Below are positions 25,280 to 39,404 of a stretch of DNA of 64,000 bases, in pieces. Origin of the DNA: Eledone cirrhosa (taxonomy: Eukaryota); contig OZ024741.1 in assembly GCA_964016885.1 (NCBI GenBank), forward strand, positions 240,870,001-240,934,000. The letters run 5' to 3'. The notes under the pieces were generated by a model, which saw nothing but the letters and a program-made list of their open reading frames with translations, was not told the origin of the DNA and searched no databases. The translations under genes and the position numbers were made by a program. The first letter of the stretch is position 1. Each line of letters begins with the position of its first letter.

Positions 25280-25945
25280 TATCATCATCATCATCATCAT
25301 CATTTTACGTTCGCTTTTCCCTGCTCGCAAGGGTGGGACGGGTCTTATTCAGCACAGCATCTCTCCACTTGTCACGGTCCTTCGTCATCTCCACTGTGAG
25401 CTTCAGTGATCTGACGTCTGTTCTCACCACCTCCGCCCATGTTTTTCGTGGTCTACCTCTACCACGTCTTCCTTCAACTGGCATTTCCTGGCACTTCTTC
25501 ACCCATCGGTCATCCTCCATGCGCATCACATGTCCATACCACCGCAGTCTCCTCTCCCGCACACTACATTCTATCCCTCTCAGACACAGTTTCTCTCTCA
25601 ACACATTCATGCTGGGTCGTTCACACACATTTACACTGCACATCCAACGAAGCATGCTTGCCTCATTTCTCTCCAGCCGTCGCATATCCTCTGCAGTTGC
25701 TGCCCATGTCTCACTACCATGCAGCATCGCGCTCCTCACACAGGCATCATATAACCGGCCTTCCATACGCAGGGAGAAACCCTTCTTCGTCAGCAGAGGA
25801 AGCAGCTCCCTAAACTTCTTCCAACCCGTCCTTATTCTAGATACTATGGCCTCGGACCCCCCCCCCCCACACACACACACTCTCCGATGCTAATCTGATC
25901 ACCAAAAGCTATCCGCCACTTCTATAGCACCAGCCTGCATTTGAA
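25280..25945 (-). mobile_element. RTE LINE 3' fragment (family A)
   Basis: RIRTGWKKFRELLPLL...MLHGSETW...RRLRWYGHVMRM...LASREKRT* followed by (GAT)n. Confidence 0.92.
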
Positions 25946-26479
25946 AAATGTGTCTATCGATGGGACTTCTACTGTCTAGTTTCCCTGTACATCTACTGCA
26001 TACGTATATATATATATATATCTATATATATATATATATCTATATATATATATCTATGTATATGTATGTATATATATATATGTACATATTTGTATGTATA
26101 TATATGTATGTATGTATATATATGTATATATATATGTATATAAATGTATATATTGTATATGTATATATGTATATATATATGTGTATATGTATATATGTAT
26201 ATATATATGTATATATTGTATATATATATATATGCATATATATTATATATGTATATATTGTATATATTGTATAATTTGTATATTATAGATATATAATTTG
26301 TATATATTGTATATATTGTATATTATATATGTATATAATGTATATATATATATAATTATACATGTATATATTGTATATATATATATGCATATATATTATA
26401 TATGTATACATATATGTATATATGTATATATACATATATATATGTATATACATGTATATATGTGTATATAGTATATATA

Positions 26480-26766
26480 TCATCATTTCATTTTACGTCT
26501 GCTTTTCCCTGCTTGCAAGGGTGGGACGGGAACTGATTCTGGCTTGATTTCTACAGCTGGATGCCCTTCCTAACACCAACCTCATTTACAGTGAGTGCTG
26601 GGTGCTTTTTTGCCGTGGTGCCTACACGTCCACTTTGCAGTGGAATGATAGGGACCCCAGTCCCTATCATCTCATTTCTACAGCTGAGTAAACTGGAGCA
26701 ATGTGAAATAAAGTGTCTTGCTCAAGGAAACAACACACTTTATTTCACATTGCTCCAGTTTACTCA
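26480..26766 (-). mobile_element. 5'-truncated SINE with a terminal 32-bp fold-back
   Basis: Same family as 1527-1929. 26685-26716 is inverted at 26735-26766. Confidence 0.85.
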
Positions 26767-26796
26767 TGTATATATATATATACATATATATATATA

Positions 26797-27376
26797 CATC
26801 ATCATCATCATCATCATCATCGTTTAACGTCCATATTCCACGCTTGCATGGGTTTGGACGGGAGTTTTCCGACTTGAGGCAAGATTGGTTGTCTTGCTCG
26901 CATAGGACTGTCTGGCGGGTTTTCTATGGCTGGATGCCCTTCCTAACACCAACCACATTTACAGTGTGGAACTGGGAGGTTTTTACCGTGTTACCTACAC
27001 GGCCACATTACAGCGTGGACTGTGTTTTTTTGTCGTGACACCTACATGACCTCATTTGTTTCGGGCTGGATGTTGTGGTACCAACATAACTTTACATTGA
27101 AGGGGGTGGTGTGGATGGGGTGGGGTGGGGGAAGGGGTAGTGGGACGGGGGTGTATTTTGTTAGAGGTGTCTACTGACTGTAGTAGGTTTCACTTTGTAC
27201 TTAGGTAAGGCGGCTCTTCTCTATTACTGTGTAGCGCCAAAGCTCTCGGTCCAGTGACATTGTCTTGGAGAGGTATAAGTGTGTGAGGTCGGAATTTATC
27301 AAGTCATCCCAGGTTTTTCTGGGTCTGCCTACTCCGTGGCTACCATCTATTTTTATTGCTCTGCACTTTTTTATAC
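26797..27376 (-). mobile_element. RTE LINE 3' end with SINE-like 3' UTR
   Basis: Reverse-complement match to 14400-14960. Confidence 0.88.
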
Positions 27377-27559
27377 ATGTATGTAACAGCTTACGCCTGA
27401 ATGAAGCTGGCCAGTGGACAGATTTCCATGGTGAAGCACTATGATGGTGTCACGAACTATCAACCAATCTAAGTGCCGCGCAAACTGGATGATGGCAGAT
27501 GATAAACATTTGTAGCGTCAGAGCCCTGCAGAAAGAGAATTTGCTTTGAAATCACTAGT

Positions 27560-27650
27560 CGTGTCTGAAGAACTTGTGAATCCAGAGTCAGGTTCGATCC
27601 ACAAATAGATCTCACCTCGAGCTGTTCGCCGGAGAAACAATTGTAATACG
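27560..27650 (+). ncRNA. Type I hammerhead ribozyme with 62-nt domain II
   Basis: CGTGT CTGAAGA [62 nt] GAAA CAATTG TA ATACG, then AATAAA. Stem III is palindromic and the site is GUA. Confidence 0.65.
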
Positions 27651-27771
27651 TAATAAATTGTGTTCCAATGCATCACTGATTCTTCGTTTTCCATATTATT
27701 ATACTCTGCTCCGAAGGACCATAGAGTGCTCAACCGGCATACCGCCTATGGATGCATCCTAGCAACCATAT

Positions 27772-27814
<43 letters not shown>

Positions 27815-27917
27815 GGGCACACATATATATATATACATATACATATGTATGGGTTATATCGAACATTGTTATTAATGTTCACTATAACCCATATGTATAT
27901 GTATATATGTGTGTGTA

Positions 27918-27980
<63 letters not shown>

Positions 27981-28404
27981 GCGTGCGTATATATATATAT
28001 GTGTGTACGTGTGCATACTTACATTTATATGTATATATATATTACATATATATATATATATATATAATACACGTGCCCACCCCATATATATATATATGTA
28101 CATACATACATGGCATCCAATCTAACCACAACCACTGCACATTGCACATTAAATTTCTATTTCAATCTGTTAATGTCTTATATATATATATCAAATATTA
28201 AGTAAGTAGCTAATCGAGAGGAGAGTGATTAATTAAGAAAATTACAAGCCAGTAGGGAGAGGGTTAGTGTGCATATCGTTTGCAAGACATGTGAAAAAAG
28301 TGAGTAATTCATAGAAATTATGTCTAGCAAAATTATTATATGCAGAGCAAAAAGGCAAATATTACATGTCAGATATGTAATAGTTGCTATATGTATATAT
28401 ATAT

Positions 28405-29027
28405 ATTTACTCGAGAGAAGGCTACGTTGGTACGGTCACGTGATGCGCATGAAAGACGACAGCTGTATAACAAAGTGCAGGGCAATAAAGATAGACGGTA
28501 GCCACGGAGTAGGCAGACCCAGAAAAACCTGGGACGACTTGATAAATTCCGACCTCACACGCTTACACCTCACCAAGACAATGTCACTGGACCGAGACCT
28601 TTGGCGGTACTCAGTAATAGAGAAGACCCGCCTTACCTAAATACAAAGTAAAACCTACTACAGTCAGTAGGCATCTCTAACAAAATACACCCTCGTCCCA
28701 CCCCATCTACACCGCTCCTTTCAATGTAAAGTTATGTTGGTGCCACAACATCCAGGCCGAAACAAATGAGATCGTGTAGGTGTCACGACAAAAAAACACA
28801 CAGTCCACGCTGTAATGTGGCCGTGTAGGCAACACGGTAAAAACCTCCCAGCCCCACACTGTAAATGTGGTTGGTGTTAGGAAGGGCATCCAGCTGTAGA
28901 AAACCCGCCAGACAGTCCTATGCGAGCAAGACAATCACTCTTGCCTCAAGTGGGAAAACCCCCGTCCAAACCCATGCAAGCGTGGAACACGGACGTTAAA
29001 CGTTGATGATGATGATGATGATGATGA
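28405..29027 (+). mobile_element. RTE LINE 3' end with SINE-like 3' UTR
   Basis: LLERRLRWYGHVMRM...EKTRLT* plus the same UTR as 14566-14960. Confidence 0.9.
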
Positions 29028-29148
29028 CACTATATATATATATATATATGTGTTTGTTTGGATGTATATGTATGTCTGTATATATGCATGTGTCTATGTA
29101 TATCTATGTATGTCTATGTACATAGATAATTGTTCGTTTATGTATGCC

Positions 29149-29185
<37 letters not shown>

Positions 29186-29186
29186 C

Positions 29187-29421
29187 GTTATTCCGGGTTG
29201 AATCGGAGGTAACCACAGTAAGTAAGGTACTCAATACATAGCAGAGTATAAAAGTTTTAATATAGATGAGATTCTACAGGACTAGAACTGTTTCATTCTT
29301 TAGAAATCATCAGGTATCTCCTGATGATTCCTGATGATTTCTGATGATTTCTAAAGAATGATTTCTAAAGAATGATTTCTAAAGAATGAAACAGTTCTAG
29401 ACCTGTAGAATCTCATCTATA

Positions 29422-29422
<1 letters not shown>
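29187..29422. mobile_element. PLE-type fold-back relic with HHR-like cores
   Basis: Inverted arms contain CTGATGA-TTTCTAAAGAAT-GAAA-CAGTTCTAG-TC. The left extension is shared with 43223-43300. Confidence 0.7.
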
Positions 29423-29461
<39 letters not shown>

Positions 29462-30073
29462 ATAGTAATAATAATAAATTTGAAGACTAAAATCCAAAGA
29501 GGGCTCGATAAGGATAAATATATATCAAATATATAAGAACCGTAGAGCAAATATTTATTAAAATAACAGATTAAAGTTTAAGCAAAGAATCGCTGCTTTC
29601 ACCCTTAACTGGATCTTCTGAAACTAACAAAGTCAATCTGTAAACGCAGAAGTCGATATTTAAAAAAACGATGCAAGCAGAGGAAGACAGGAAGACGATA
29701 CTTTGGTTCGTGGAAACGTTCCCTGGCAAAGAACAGGAAAAAACAAATATAATACGTCATTAATAGGAGCGGTGAAAAACAATTACGCGCAAAGACAGAA
29801 CCATGTTTATGGTATAAAAGAGGTCGTAGACTAATGTTCTCTTAGGTGGTTCATAGAGACGTTCTCTGGCAATGACGTATTATATTCGTTTTTTCCCGTT
29901 CTTTGCCAGGGAACGTTTCCACGAACCAAAGTATCGTCTTCCTGTCTTCCTCCGGTTGCAACGTTTTTTTAAATATCTACTTCTGCGTTTTCAGATTGAC
30001 TTTGTTAGTTTCAGAAGATCCTGTTAAGGGTGAAAGCAACGATTCTTTGCTTAAACTTTAATCTGTTATTTTA

Positions 30074-30080
<7 letters not shown>
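29462..30080. mobile_element. Fold-back element with ~210-bp arms in (TA)n (fragments at 34022-34112 and 60760-60792)
   Basis: 29551-29761 is inverted at 29871-30080, with a ~90-nt one-sided extension and an HHR-like CAGAAGA...GAAAGC. Confidence 0.75.
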
Positions 30081-30127
<47 letters not shown>

Positions 30128-31359
30128 GCATGTGTGTGTTTATTTTATTCTAGCTTTTGTCCAAATCGTGTACCCAGATAGTAAGGATTATGTGTGTGCA
30201 TGCATACACACACACATGTACGTACACACACACAGACTTGCTGGTGTCATAAAAAATGCACCCAGTGCACCTTATAAAGTGCCAGAATTCTTGTAAACAA
30301 GATCTGATTAAGTACTGACCTGGTATCTAAAGACTTGTCCAACCCATGCCAGCATGAAAATCATGATGGTGATGGTGACATTGTTCTTCAACTAATTGTG
30401 ATGGAGCCAGAGTGAGAGAGGGGGATGTAAAGTGAGATAGTCTGTATATTGTCATGCAATTTGCTAAAAATAGAAACCAAATTTCCCTCTTTTAAAAACA
30501 CTTTAGGTAATATAAATATATTCCTGGTTTCCTTCACATTCTATCTCAATGGTTAGGATTAGAAATGCAGTCATGAAAGGGTTAAAGGACCAGATGAGAT
30601 GTTTTGTAGAATCTGTTCTGTTTTTGCCTTTTGTCTTTGCATCCTGAATTCAAATTCAATACACTTCGTCTAGCCCATACTTGGCCAACATGGATAGGTA
30701 AGTCTAAAATTACCATATTTGTAGAGGATTCACGAAAGATAATCATCATGACCATCATTATCATCCTTTTACACCCATTTTTCTATGTTTGCATTGGTTG
30801 GACAATGATGATGATAAGGTGTGCTTTTCATAGTTTTGTTTCTCTCGCTGGATACCCTCTCTATTACAACCACTTTACAGCATGAACTGTGTACATTTTA
30901 TTATGTCGCAATCACTAGAGAGGTTTTATGACAGGCCTTAAAGATCCTCTCAAACCATTATCCATTTCTATTGACAGTTACTGCTTTCCTAAATGGGTTG
31001 CCTTCACTATGAATTAATAAATTATGGTGCCCATGTCTGCCCTATGCAGTCTTATTTATTCAACCTAACAGTCCTCCTAGACAGGGTGCCTTCACCATAG
31101 CTCATGGAACCCTTGTCTACCCTGACAGTGGATTAAAAATAGTTGGTTAGAAAAAATTTAAATAATTTTCTTTTACATATTTAAGTTGGTGTTTGGAAAA
31201 TATTTGACTGTGGCCAGACTTGGAGAGGGATGAGCCCCACCAATTCAATATACAGTTGTACAACTATAATTCCACTATGAATTTAAGTTCCCAAATTGAG
31301 ACAAGATACATAGATAGAATGACAGATATGTAAAGATATATAAATACATACATACACAA

Positions 31360-31408
<49 letters not shown>

Positions 31409-31409
31409 T

Positions 31410-31794
31410 CAGTGGCGAAGGGTAACCTGGAAAGCAGGGCATGCAGTCCAATCGCCATGGTAGAAAGTGGGGCTGTGCAGCCCCCCCCCCCCCCCAATTC
31501 CCTCTAAACGACCCTCCCGATCAAAGCCGCATGTAGTGTTATCTAGTGTGTGTGTGTTATCTTTTTATGTGTCTACGATTTAGGAAGCAGTAAAAATTCT
31601 GCTTGCCCCAAAGCTGTCATGTGTTTGTGTGTATGTGTGTATGTATTGTGTGTGTGTGTGTGTTATCTTTTGTTGTGTCTATACGTTTTAGTAAGCAGCC
31701 AAAATTCTGCTTGCTTCAACCGACACAATTGATCAACTCAAGATTCTATAACACATGCACTGCATGCGTTGCATGCACGGACCCTTCGCCCCTG
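31410..31794 (+). mobile_element. hAT-type non-autonomous DNA transposon
   Basis: 14-bp TIRs CAGTGGCGAAGGGT / ACCCTTCGCCCCTG and internal sub-repeats. An inverted second copy lies at 58848-59236. Confidence 0.8.
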
Positions 31795-32587
31795 ATATAT
31801 ATATAGGTGATGATATATATATATGATGGTGATGATATACATATATGTACATATATACATAGAGGGAGAGAGAGATTTATAGAGAAATACACATACATAT
31901 AAAGAGAGATAGATAGAATTGTGTGTGATGCTAGCTGATTCATGTTTAAGTCAACACTCAACATAAATATCAGAATCTCATGTTTAAACAGCTCTCACTA
32001 AATCAACAAATCCTTCACTGTACAATGTATTGTCCTTTTGTTTTGATTTTGGAAACAATTCAGAAATTTTGAAGTAACTATTTGGATAAAATGTTTGAAG
32101 TATCTCATTATTTCTTTAAATTTTATATCAACATTTGTAAACAATAATGTCATTGTTTACTGATTCCCAATCCACCAATCACTTGTTCACTGCATCTCTG
32201 ATGACGGGTGTGACAATGGAGTGTCTGTAACGCAATGCAGAACAAATATCTCGAGGGACTTTGATAAAAAAAGAAAAGAAAACGTTATTTTATATTTTTC
32301 AATTTTCTAACCAATTTTTATATTCTTCACTGATTTACACAGGTAAAGAGATACACAGATGCACACATTCCTGCACACACATACATGCACATATCTGCAC
32401 ACACATACATACACATATCTGCACACACGTGTTTATGTGTGTAATAATGTAAAAACAGCGAAAAAAAAAAAAAAAAAAATTTATTTTTCTAACTCGTTTC
32501 TACATACACACATATACATACACACACACATATACATACACACACACACATATACATATGTATGTACACATACATATATATATACAT

Positions 32588-32626
<39 letters not shown>

Positions 32627-32911
32627 CATACATACACACATATATATGTATATATATATACACATTCATACACACACATATATATGTATATATATATACA
32701 CATTCCGTCTAACCCATGCTAGCGTGGAAGAACGGGCGTAAAACGGTGATGATGATGATGATGATGACATTCATACACACATATATATGTATATATATGT
32801 GTGTGTGTGTGTGTATGTGTCTGTGTGTGTGTACATTCATGCATATGTATATTATATTCAACATATATGTGAGTATGTTTCTTTTGCAGTGTATTATATG
32901 ATAGATATGTT

Positions 32912-33210
32912 GATATCATCATCATCATCGATTAATGTCAATCATCTATGCTAGCATGGGCTAGATGGGTTTGTCCCATTTACAGGCAATTTGGGTTGGG
33001 TACCATGTCTTGCTCATATAGGAGTATTTCTGGCTGGTTTTCTACGGCTGGATTCCCAACCTTGCATTAACCACATTGACAGTGTGTGCTGGGTGTTTTT
33101 TGCCGTGTCTTTTACATGTCCACTTTACAGTGTAGAATGGTTGCTTTTTGTTGTGACACCTACATGATCACTTTACAGAGTGGGCTGGATATTTTTGTGG
33201 TACCAGCATA
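32912..33210 (-). mobile_element. Diverged SINE 3' half
   Basis: Tail, central box and about three internal units. Confidence 0.7.
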
Positions 33211-33336
33211 ATATATATATATATATATGCACACATCATGATAATGATATACACACACATATATATATCTGCGTTCATATATATTTACCATATGTATGTA
33301 ATATACAATAACATATCATGCATATATACACACTTC

Positions 33337-33404
<68 letters not shown>

Positions 33405-34354
33405 TCAACCTCGTTGTTTAGGGCCCATCATTGATGGGTAAGATGGATTGACTCTTAGGGAAAAAACAAGTCAGAGGACCATGTTTAGCTCACCCAGGGC
33501 ATATTTTGGCTTGGTTTCTACACATATATATATATATATATGATTACAAATTCTCAATTGTGTTGATTACAAGACAGTGGAAAAAGTACTAAATACTCTT
33601 ATGTAGAGTGGAATAGTATTAAGTTCAAAATTTAATCTGAATTACTACTCAAAGTTGCTCATTTGTAATCCTCATGAGATGGAATATTCTTATCTAACAT
33701 TTTCTTTAAAACGTAAGAATCAGGTAAAATTTTTTAGATTGAGGGGTCAATATATATATATACACATATATATATGTGTGTGTGTGAATATGTATGTATA
33801 CATAGTAAATATTCTATAGGTGTGAAAAAGGCAAAAGGAAAACAGTTTTCAATCAGGGATGAGAGGTGATATATTATATAATTTATTTATGTTCATACAT
33901 GTGTATAAACATAAATAAATTACACACACACACACATATATATATTTATATATATATATTTTTTAAAAATAGATATACTTATATATATATATTTATATAT
34001 ATAAATATATATATATATATATTTATATTTATTAAAATAACAGATTAAAGTTTAAGCAAAAAATCGCTGCTTTCACCCAAATTTTAGTCTTCAAATTTAT
34101 TATTATTACTATATATATTGCCATTCTGAGTTCAAATCCCGCCGAGGTCAACTTTGCCTTTCATCCTTACGGGATCGATAAAATAAAGTACCAGTAATGT
34201 ACTGGTAATTGCTGGCCTTGTGCCAAAAAAGTAGAAACAATTACTATATATATATTTATATATATATTTATGTATATATATATATTTATATACATATATA
34301 TATATGTATATGTATATACTTCATCCTCCCACTTTCACCTACACCAGCCTTTCT

Positions 34355-34525
34355 CTGTAAATGTGGTTGGTGTTAGGAAGGGCATCCAGCCGTAGAAAAC
34401 CTGCCAGATACAGTTCTATACAAGCAAGACACGGTCACCCGACCAATCTTGCCTCAAATGGGACAATCCTGTCTAACCCATGCTAATGTGGAAGATGGAC
34501 GTTAAACAATGATGATGATGATGAT
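34355..34525 (+). mobile_element. SINE 3' tail fragment
   Basis: Central box plus tail and (GAT)n. Confidence 0.8.
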
Positions 34526-34540
34526 ATATGTATATATATA

Positions 34541-35097
34541 TGGTCTCCCCACACAAAACAAAATATCATGAAAATTGAAGCTGCTCAAAGGTCAATCACG
34601 AAAAAGATAGATGGCATGTCAGGCCTTGACTATTGGGGTTGACTAGAAAAACTCAAACTTTATTCTCTCTGATGCCGCCGTGCGCACTACATTATCTGTA
34701 TGATGTGGAAAATATTTCACCATTGCCATAATGATGTTGGCATCACCTTTAAACTACACCCAAGGCTTGGGCCCTGTGCTAAAAAACAAACTCGCATCTC
34801 ATAACAACAATACAGCATAATTATTTCACCTCGATTGGCCCCACTATTAACATTATACCAAAACGCATTAAAACAGAAACAGACCCCATAAAGATCAAGA
34901 AGTCTCGGGACAAATTCCTTCAAGAAATCCCGGATAAACCTTCTACACCCAGATATGTTTCCACAAACAATAACTCCCTTCTTGATTGGGCCATGGTGTC
35001 TAAATCCTGATTCGAAAGACTTCGCCAGGTGGTGTTATTAAGTTAGACATGGCCTGGGCCAATACTGGCCGAAACCTATCAAAGTTATGAAAGTTAT
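34541..35097 (+). mobile_element. CR1-group LINE ORF2 C-terminus and 3' end
   Basis: WSPH...KIEAAQRSITKKIDGMSGLDYWG*LEKLKLYSL*CRR...MWKI, ending in a stem-loop and a repeated aaagttat tail. Confidence 0.8.
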
Positions 35098-35107
35098 ATA
35101 TATATAT

Positions 35108-36616
35108 ATCATCATCATCATCATCACCGTTTTGCGTCCGTTCTTCCACGCTAGCATGGGTTAGACGGGTTGTCCTGTTGTGGGCAGTGTCCAGTTGGCT
35201 GACCTTGTCTTGCTCATACGGGAACTGATTCTGGCTTGATTTCTACAGCTGGATGCCCTTCCTAACACCAACCTCATTTACAGTGAGTGCTGGGTGCTAT
35301 TTTTCCTTGGCGTCTACATGTCCACTTTACAGTGTAGGCTGGGTGCTGTTTTGCCGTGGCGCCTCCACGACCACTTTGCAGTGGTGGACTGTGTTTTTTT
35401 TGTTGTTGTGACACCTACACGACCTCATATATTTAGGACTGCATGTTGTGGTACCAACATAACTTTACATCAAAAGGGGTGGTGTAGATGGGGGTGGGGG
35501 TAGGGGTAGTGGGACGGGGGTGTATTTTGTTAAGAGGTGCCTACTGACTGTAGGTTTCGCTTTGTACTTAGGCAAGGCGGGTCTTCTGTATTACTGCGTA
35601 ACGCCAAATATCTCGGTCCAGTGACATTGTCTTGGAGAGGTGTCAGTGTGTGAGGTCGGAATTTATCAAGTCGTCCCAGGTTTTTCTGGGTCTGCCTACT
35701 CCGTAGCTACCATCTATTTTGATCGCCCTGCACTTTTTTATACAGCTGTCGTCTTTCATGCGCATCACGTGACCATACCAACGTAGTCTTCTCTTGAGTA
35801 AACAGCATCTGATCCCTCTTATTCCTAATTTCTCACTTAGTTCATTTATGCTTTGCCGTTTGCGTATATTACTATTACACATCCATCGGAGCATGCAAGC
35901 TTCGTTCCTCTCCTGTCTGCGTAGATCCCCCGCACACAATGCCCATGTCTCACTGCCATGTAACATTGCTGTTCGTATACAGGCATCATACAGCCTGCCT
36001 TTCATTTTTAGAGAGAAACCTTTAGTGGCCAACAGCGGTATAGGCTCTCTGAACTTTTTCCATCCAGTTCTGACTCTGGTTACTGTACTTTCAGAGCACC
36101 CTCCACTGATTTTGTCACCCAGGTAACGGAAGGTGTCCACTATTTCTATAGAACCATCTGTGCAATGGAATGAGCTAGTATCCTGTGGTCACTTGCTACT
36201 ACTTATTGCACCTGAGCACCGGCCACATATAAAATCTATATTCTTAGTTAGCTTACCTCTGATCCCACTCCATCTTTTATGCACCCATACTTTGCATTTG
36301 GGACATAAAATGGAGTTTCTGCCTACTCCTTTCCTACATACTGAGCATGGCCATTTCCCAGAGGGACCAGGGCCCTATTTTCCTTCCTACATACTAGAAC
36401 TTTAGTCTTAGACAAGTTAATTTTAAGGCTTTTGATTCTAGGCCATGCTCCATGTTTGGAATTCCTTCTCTAGTTCAGCCATTGATTCAGCTATAAGCGT
36501 GAGATCATCTGCATATAGAAGTTCCCATGGGCTGCCGCTCTTGAACTCCACTGTTATAGCCTGAAGGGCAATAATAAATAGGAGGGGGCTAAGGACAGAG
36601 CCCTGATGAACACTAA
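35108..36616 (-). mobile_element. Longest RTE copy (RT core to 3' end) with SINE-like 3' UTR
   Basis: HQGSVLSPLLFII...PWELLYADDL...FRYLGD...MLHGSETW...RRLRWYGHV, with frameshifts. Confidence 0.92.
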
Positions 36617-36791
36617 CTTATCATCATCATCATCATCATCATCATCACCGTTTTACGTCCGTTCTTCCACGCTAGCATGGGTTTTATATATATATATATG
36701 TATTTATATATATATATATATGTATTTATATATATATATATGTATTTATATATATATATGTATTTATATATATATATATGTATATATATAT

Positions 36792-37085
36792 GTAGGAGTG
36801 AAGGAACCCTAGCCTTTGTTAGAGCATTCTTCTAGGAGAAGGCAACTCAGGAAACTGGGATAACTCCGACATAAAACCTATGTCTCAGTAGTTACCGTGA
36901 TGTTGATCTTTTCTTTTTTTCAGGTTATAGCTACTGTCGCTCGGAGAGTGGGATTGGCTCAGTGCACAGTCTTTCCTCACTTAAAAAAATCTTCACACAC
37001 AGGCATTGCATGATAACATTAATTGATAATTACTAATAATGGTATATCATGCAAAGGCCATACTTGATAACGAGGGGCCAGCTAT
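36792..37085 (+). mobile_element. Possible RTE 5'-UTR-like repeat fragment
   Basis: CTAGGAGAAGGCAACTC...AAAACC motif recalled from RTE 5' UTRs, bounded by microsatellites. Confidence 0.3.
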
Positions 37086-37089
37086 CATA

Positions 37090-37705
37090 TATCATCATCA
37101 TCATCACCATTTTACGTCCGTTCTTCCATGCTAGCATGGGTTAGACGGGTTGTCCTGTTGTGGGCAGTGTCTGGTCGGCTGATCATGCCTTGCTCATACA
37201 GGAACTGATTTTGGCTTGGTTTCTACAGTTGGATGCCCTTCCTAACATCAAACTCATTTACAGTGAGTGCTGGGTGCTTTTTCGTGGAGCCTACACATCC
37301 ACTTTACAGTGTGGGCTGGGTGCTTTTTTGTCGTGGCACCTCCACGACCACTTTGCAGTGGGAGGGTGTGGAAGCATATTGTCTATATGTTTCAGCTTGT
37401 ACCCATGGGAGGTCGGGTACTCTGTATTACTGCGTGACGCCAGAGGTCACGGTCGTGTGTCATCGCCTTTGAGAGGTGTAATTGGGTAAGGTTGGCCCCT
37501 ATCACCTCATCCCAGGTCATCTTGGGTCTCCCCACTCCGCGGCTTCCATTGACTTCTAGTGCTCTGCACCTTTCTATGCAGCTGTCATCCTTCATACGCA
37601 TCACATGTCCATACCAACGCATCCGCCTCTCCTGCACACAGCATTTGATTCCTCTGATGCTCAGTCTCTCTCTCTCAATTCATTTATGCTTTGCCATTCG
37701 CGTAT
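37090..37705 (-). mobile_element. RTE 3' end with SINE-like 3' UTR (second subfamily)
   Basis: QERRMRWYGHVMRM...GRPKMTWDE...STRPPMGTS*, then SINE units, the box and the tail. Confidence 0.88.
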
Positions 37706-37787
37706 ATTACTATTACACATCCATCGATCTATATATATATCCATCGATATATATATTTGTATATATATGTATATATATATATATGTA

Positions 37788-38107
37788 TAGTTGTTGGAAA
37801 AACACTGCTGCAAATATGTTGGTGCTGTTTAATTCATTTATCCACTATAGGTGATTCTGACATATGTTTCAATGTGCTACATGATAGCCTATGGAATCTG
37901 AATTGTTGCATAATCCATTATTCCATACTGTGGGTATTAATTTCCAAGAATATCTTCAGAGAAAAGTTTCAAAAAAAGATGATTAGATCTTTTCTCTGAA
38001 GAGATTCTTGAAATTTAATACTTTGAGTTTGAAATAATGGATTATTATGAAAGGATTATATAATGACAAACACCAACATATCTGCCTCAGTCTTTTTTCA
38101 ACAATTC
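37788..38107. repeat. Old imperfect fold-back / MITE-like element
   Basis: taatccattatt..tcttcagagaaaag is inverted as cttttctctgaaga..aataatggattat. Outer arms are atatgttggtg/caccaacatat. Confidence 0.55.
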
Positions 38108-38658
38108 TCTATTTATAACTCCATGGAATACTTGCAATAGATTAATTAATCATACTTGGTCATGCACCAATAAATTAACCATATAATTGTGATCATTTAT
38201 TCTACCTGCTACATTGAGTAAAACCCTAATGATAATTCACCTCATCTTCAAACATCCACATTTACCCCCCCAAAATACAAATGGTGGGAATTACCTACAA
38301 AATCTTGATACCTTTAAGTTAAATCCTATCTGATGGTACCATGAGTTCATAGGTGAAACTCTCGTGTTGAGGTGGATATTGTCAGGTTATTATGTAACTG
38401 ATTGTGGTTTAGGGTAGTTCATTTTCCAAACACATGCATGAATATGTATAAAATATGATGAATATATATGTTTATCATTTTTTCAGTATATAAGGAAATT
38501 AATATTTTCAGGTATGTTTACATGCCTTCAAATCAGATATGTGTATATATTTATACATGTTGCAATTTCAATCACTGGCTTGGTATTTATATTGTTATAA
38601 GTTTATCATACATTACATATATATGTGTGACTGTGTATATGCATACATACATATATAC

Positions 38659-38761
<103 letters not shown>

Positions 38762-38958
38762 AATGGAAGTACACCATAATCGAAGCTCTGGCTACAGTTA
38801 AGCTAACGAATGCAATCAGAATGTGCAGCTAAGCACTCAATACGGTATTTTACCTTAGAGTGATGACATTACGTTTAGACAGCTTTGCAAATTGAAGATA
38901 GTGACCGGTAAGCAAGCTGCAGGGACCAAAGCAACGAGAAAACTGACTCAGGAAAATA

Positions 38959-39029
<71 letters not shown>

Positions 39030-39404
39030 CACACACAGATACATATATATACATACATACACACACATAGATTTTATCTTCTGTCACCTTACCCCACAAA
39101 GGGTGAAGAGAGCTCTTCACTTTAGTCAGTGACCAACAACCTCCCTAGTGTTGGTGCCATGATAAAATGCATTCAGTATACTCTGTAATGTGGCTGGTGT
39201 TAGAAAATATCTGGCTCTGTACATAACATAGAGTACTCTTTGTTGTTTATCTATTCTACAAAAACCGTGGCACTACATATAGATATACACACACACATAT
39301 TGAGCAAATCATGTGTGAGAAGCATGTAACAGGTTGATGCACAATAAAAAAAAACTAAATTCATGTAAATGAAACTTTGTCGTTTTTCTTAATATATATA
39401 TATT

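Noticed and set aside
30609-30704. Plus-strand exon ending at AG|GTAAGT (also candidates at 19048-19078 minus, 49365-49386 plus, 62845-63062 minus)
   Set aside because: Splice-like signals only, with no recognisable protein. Expected by chance.
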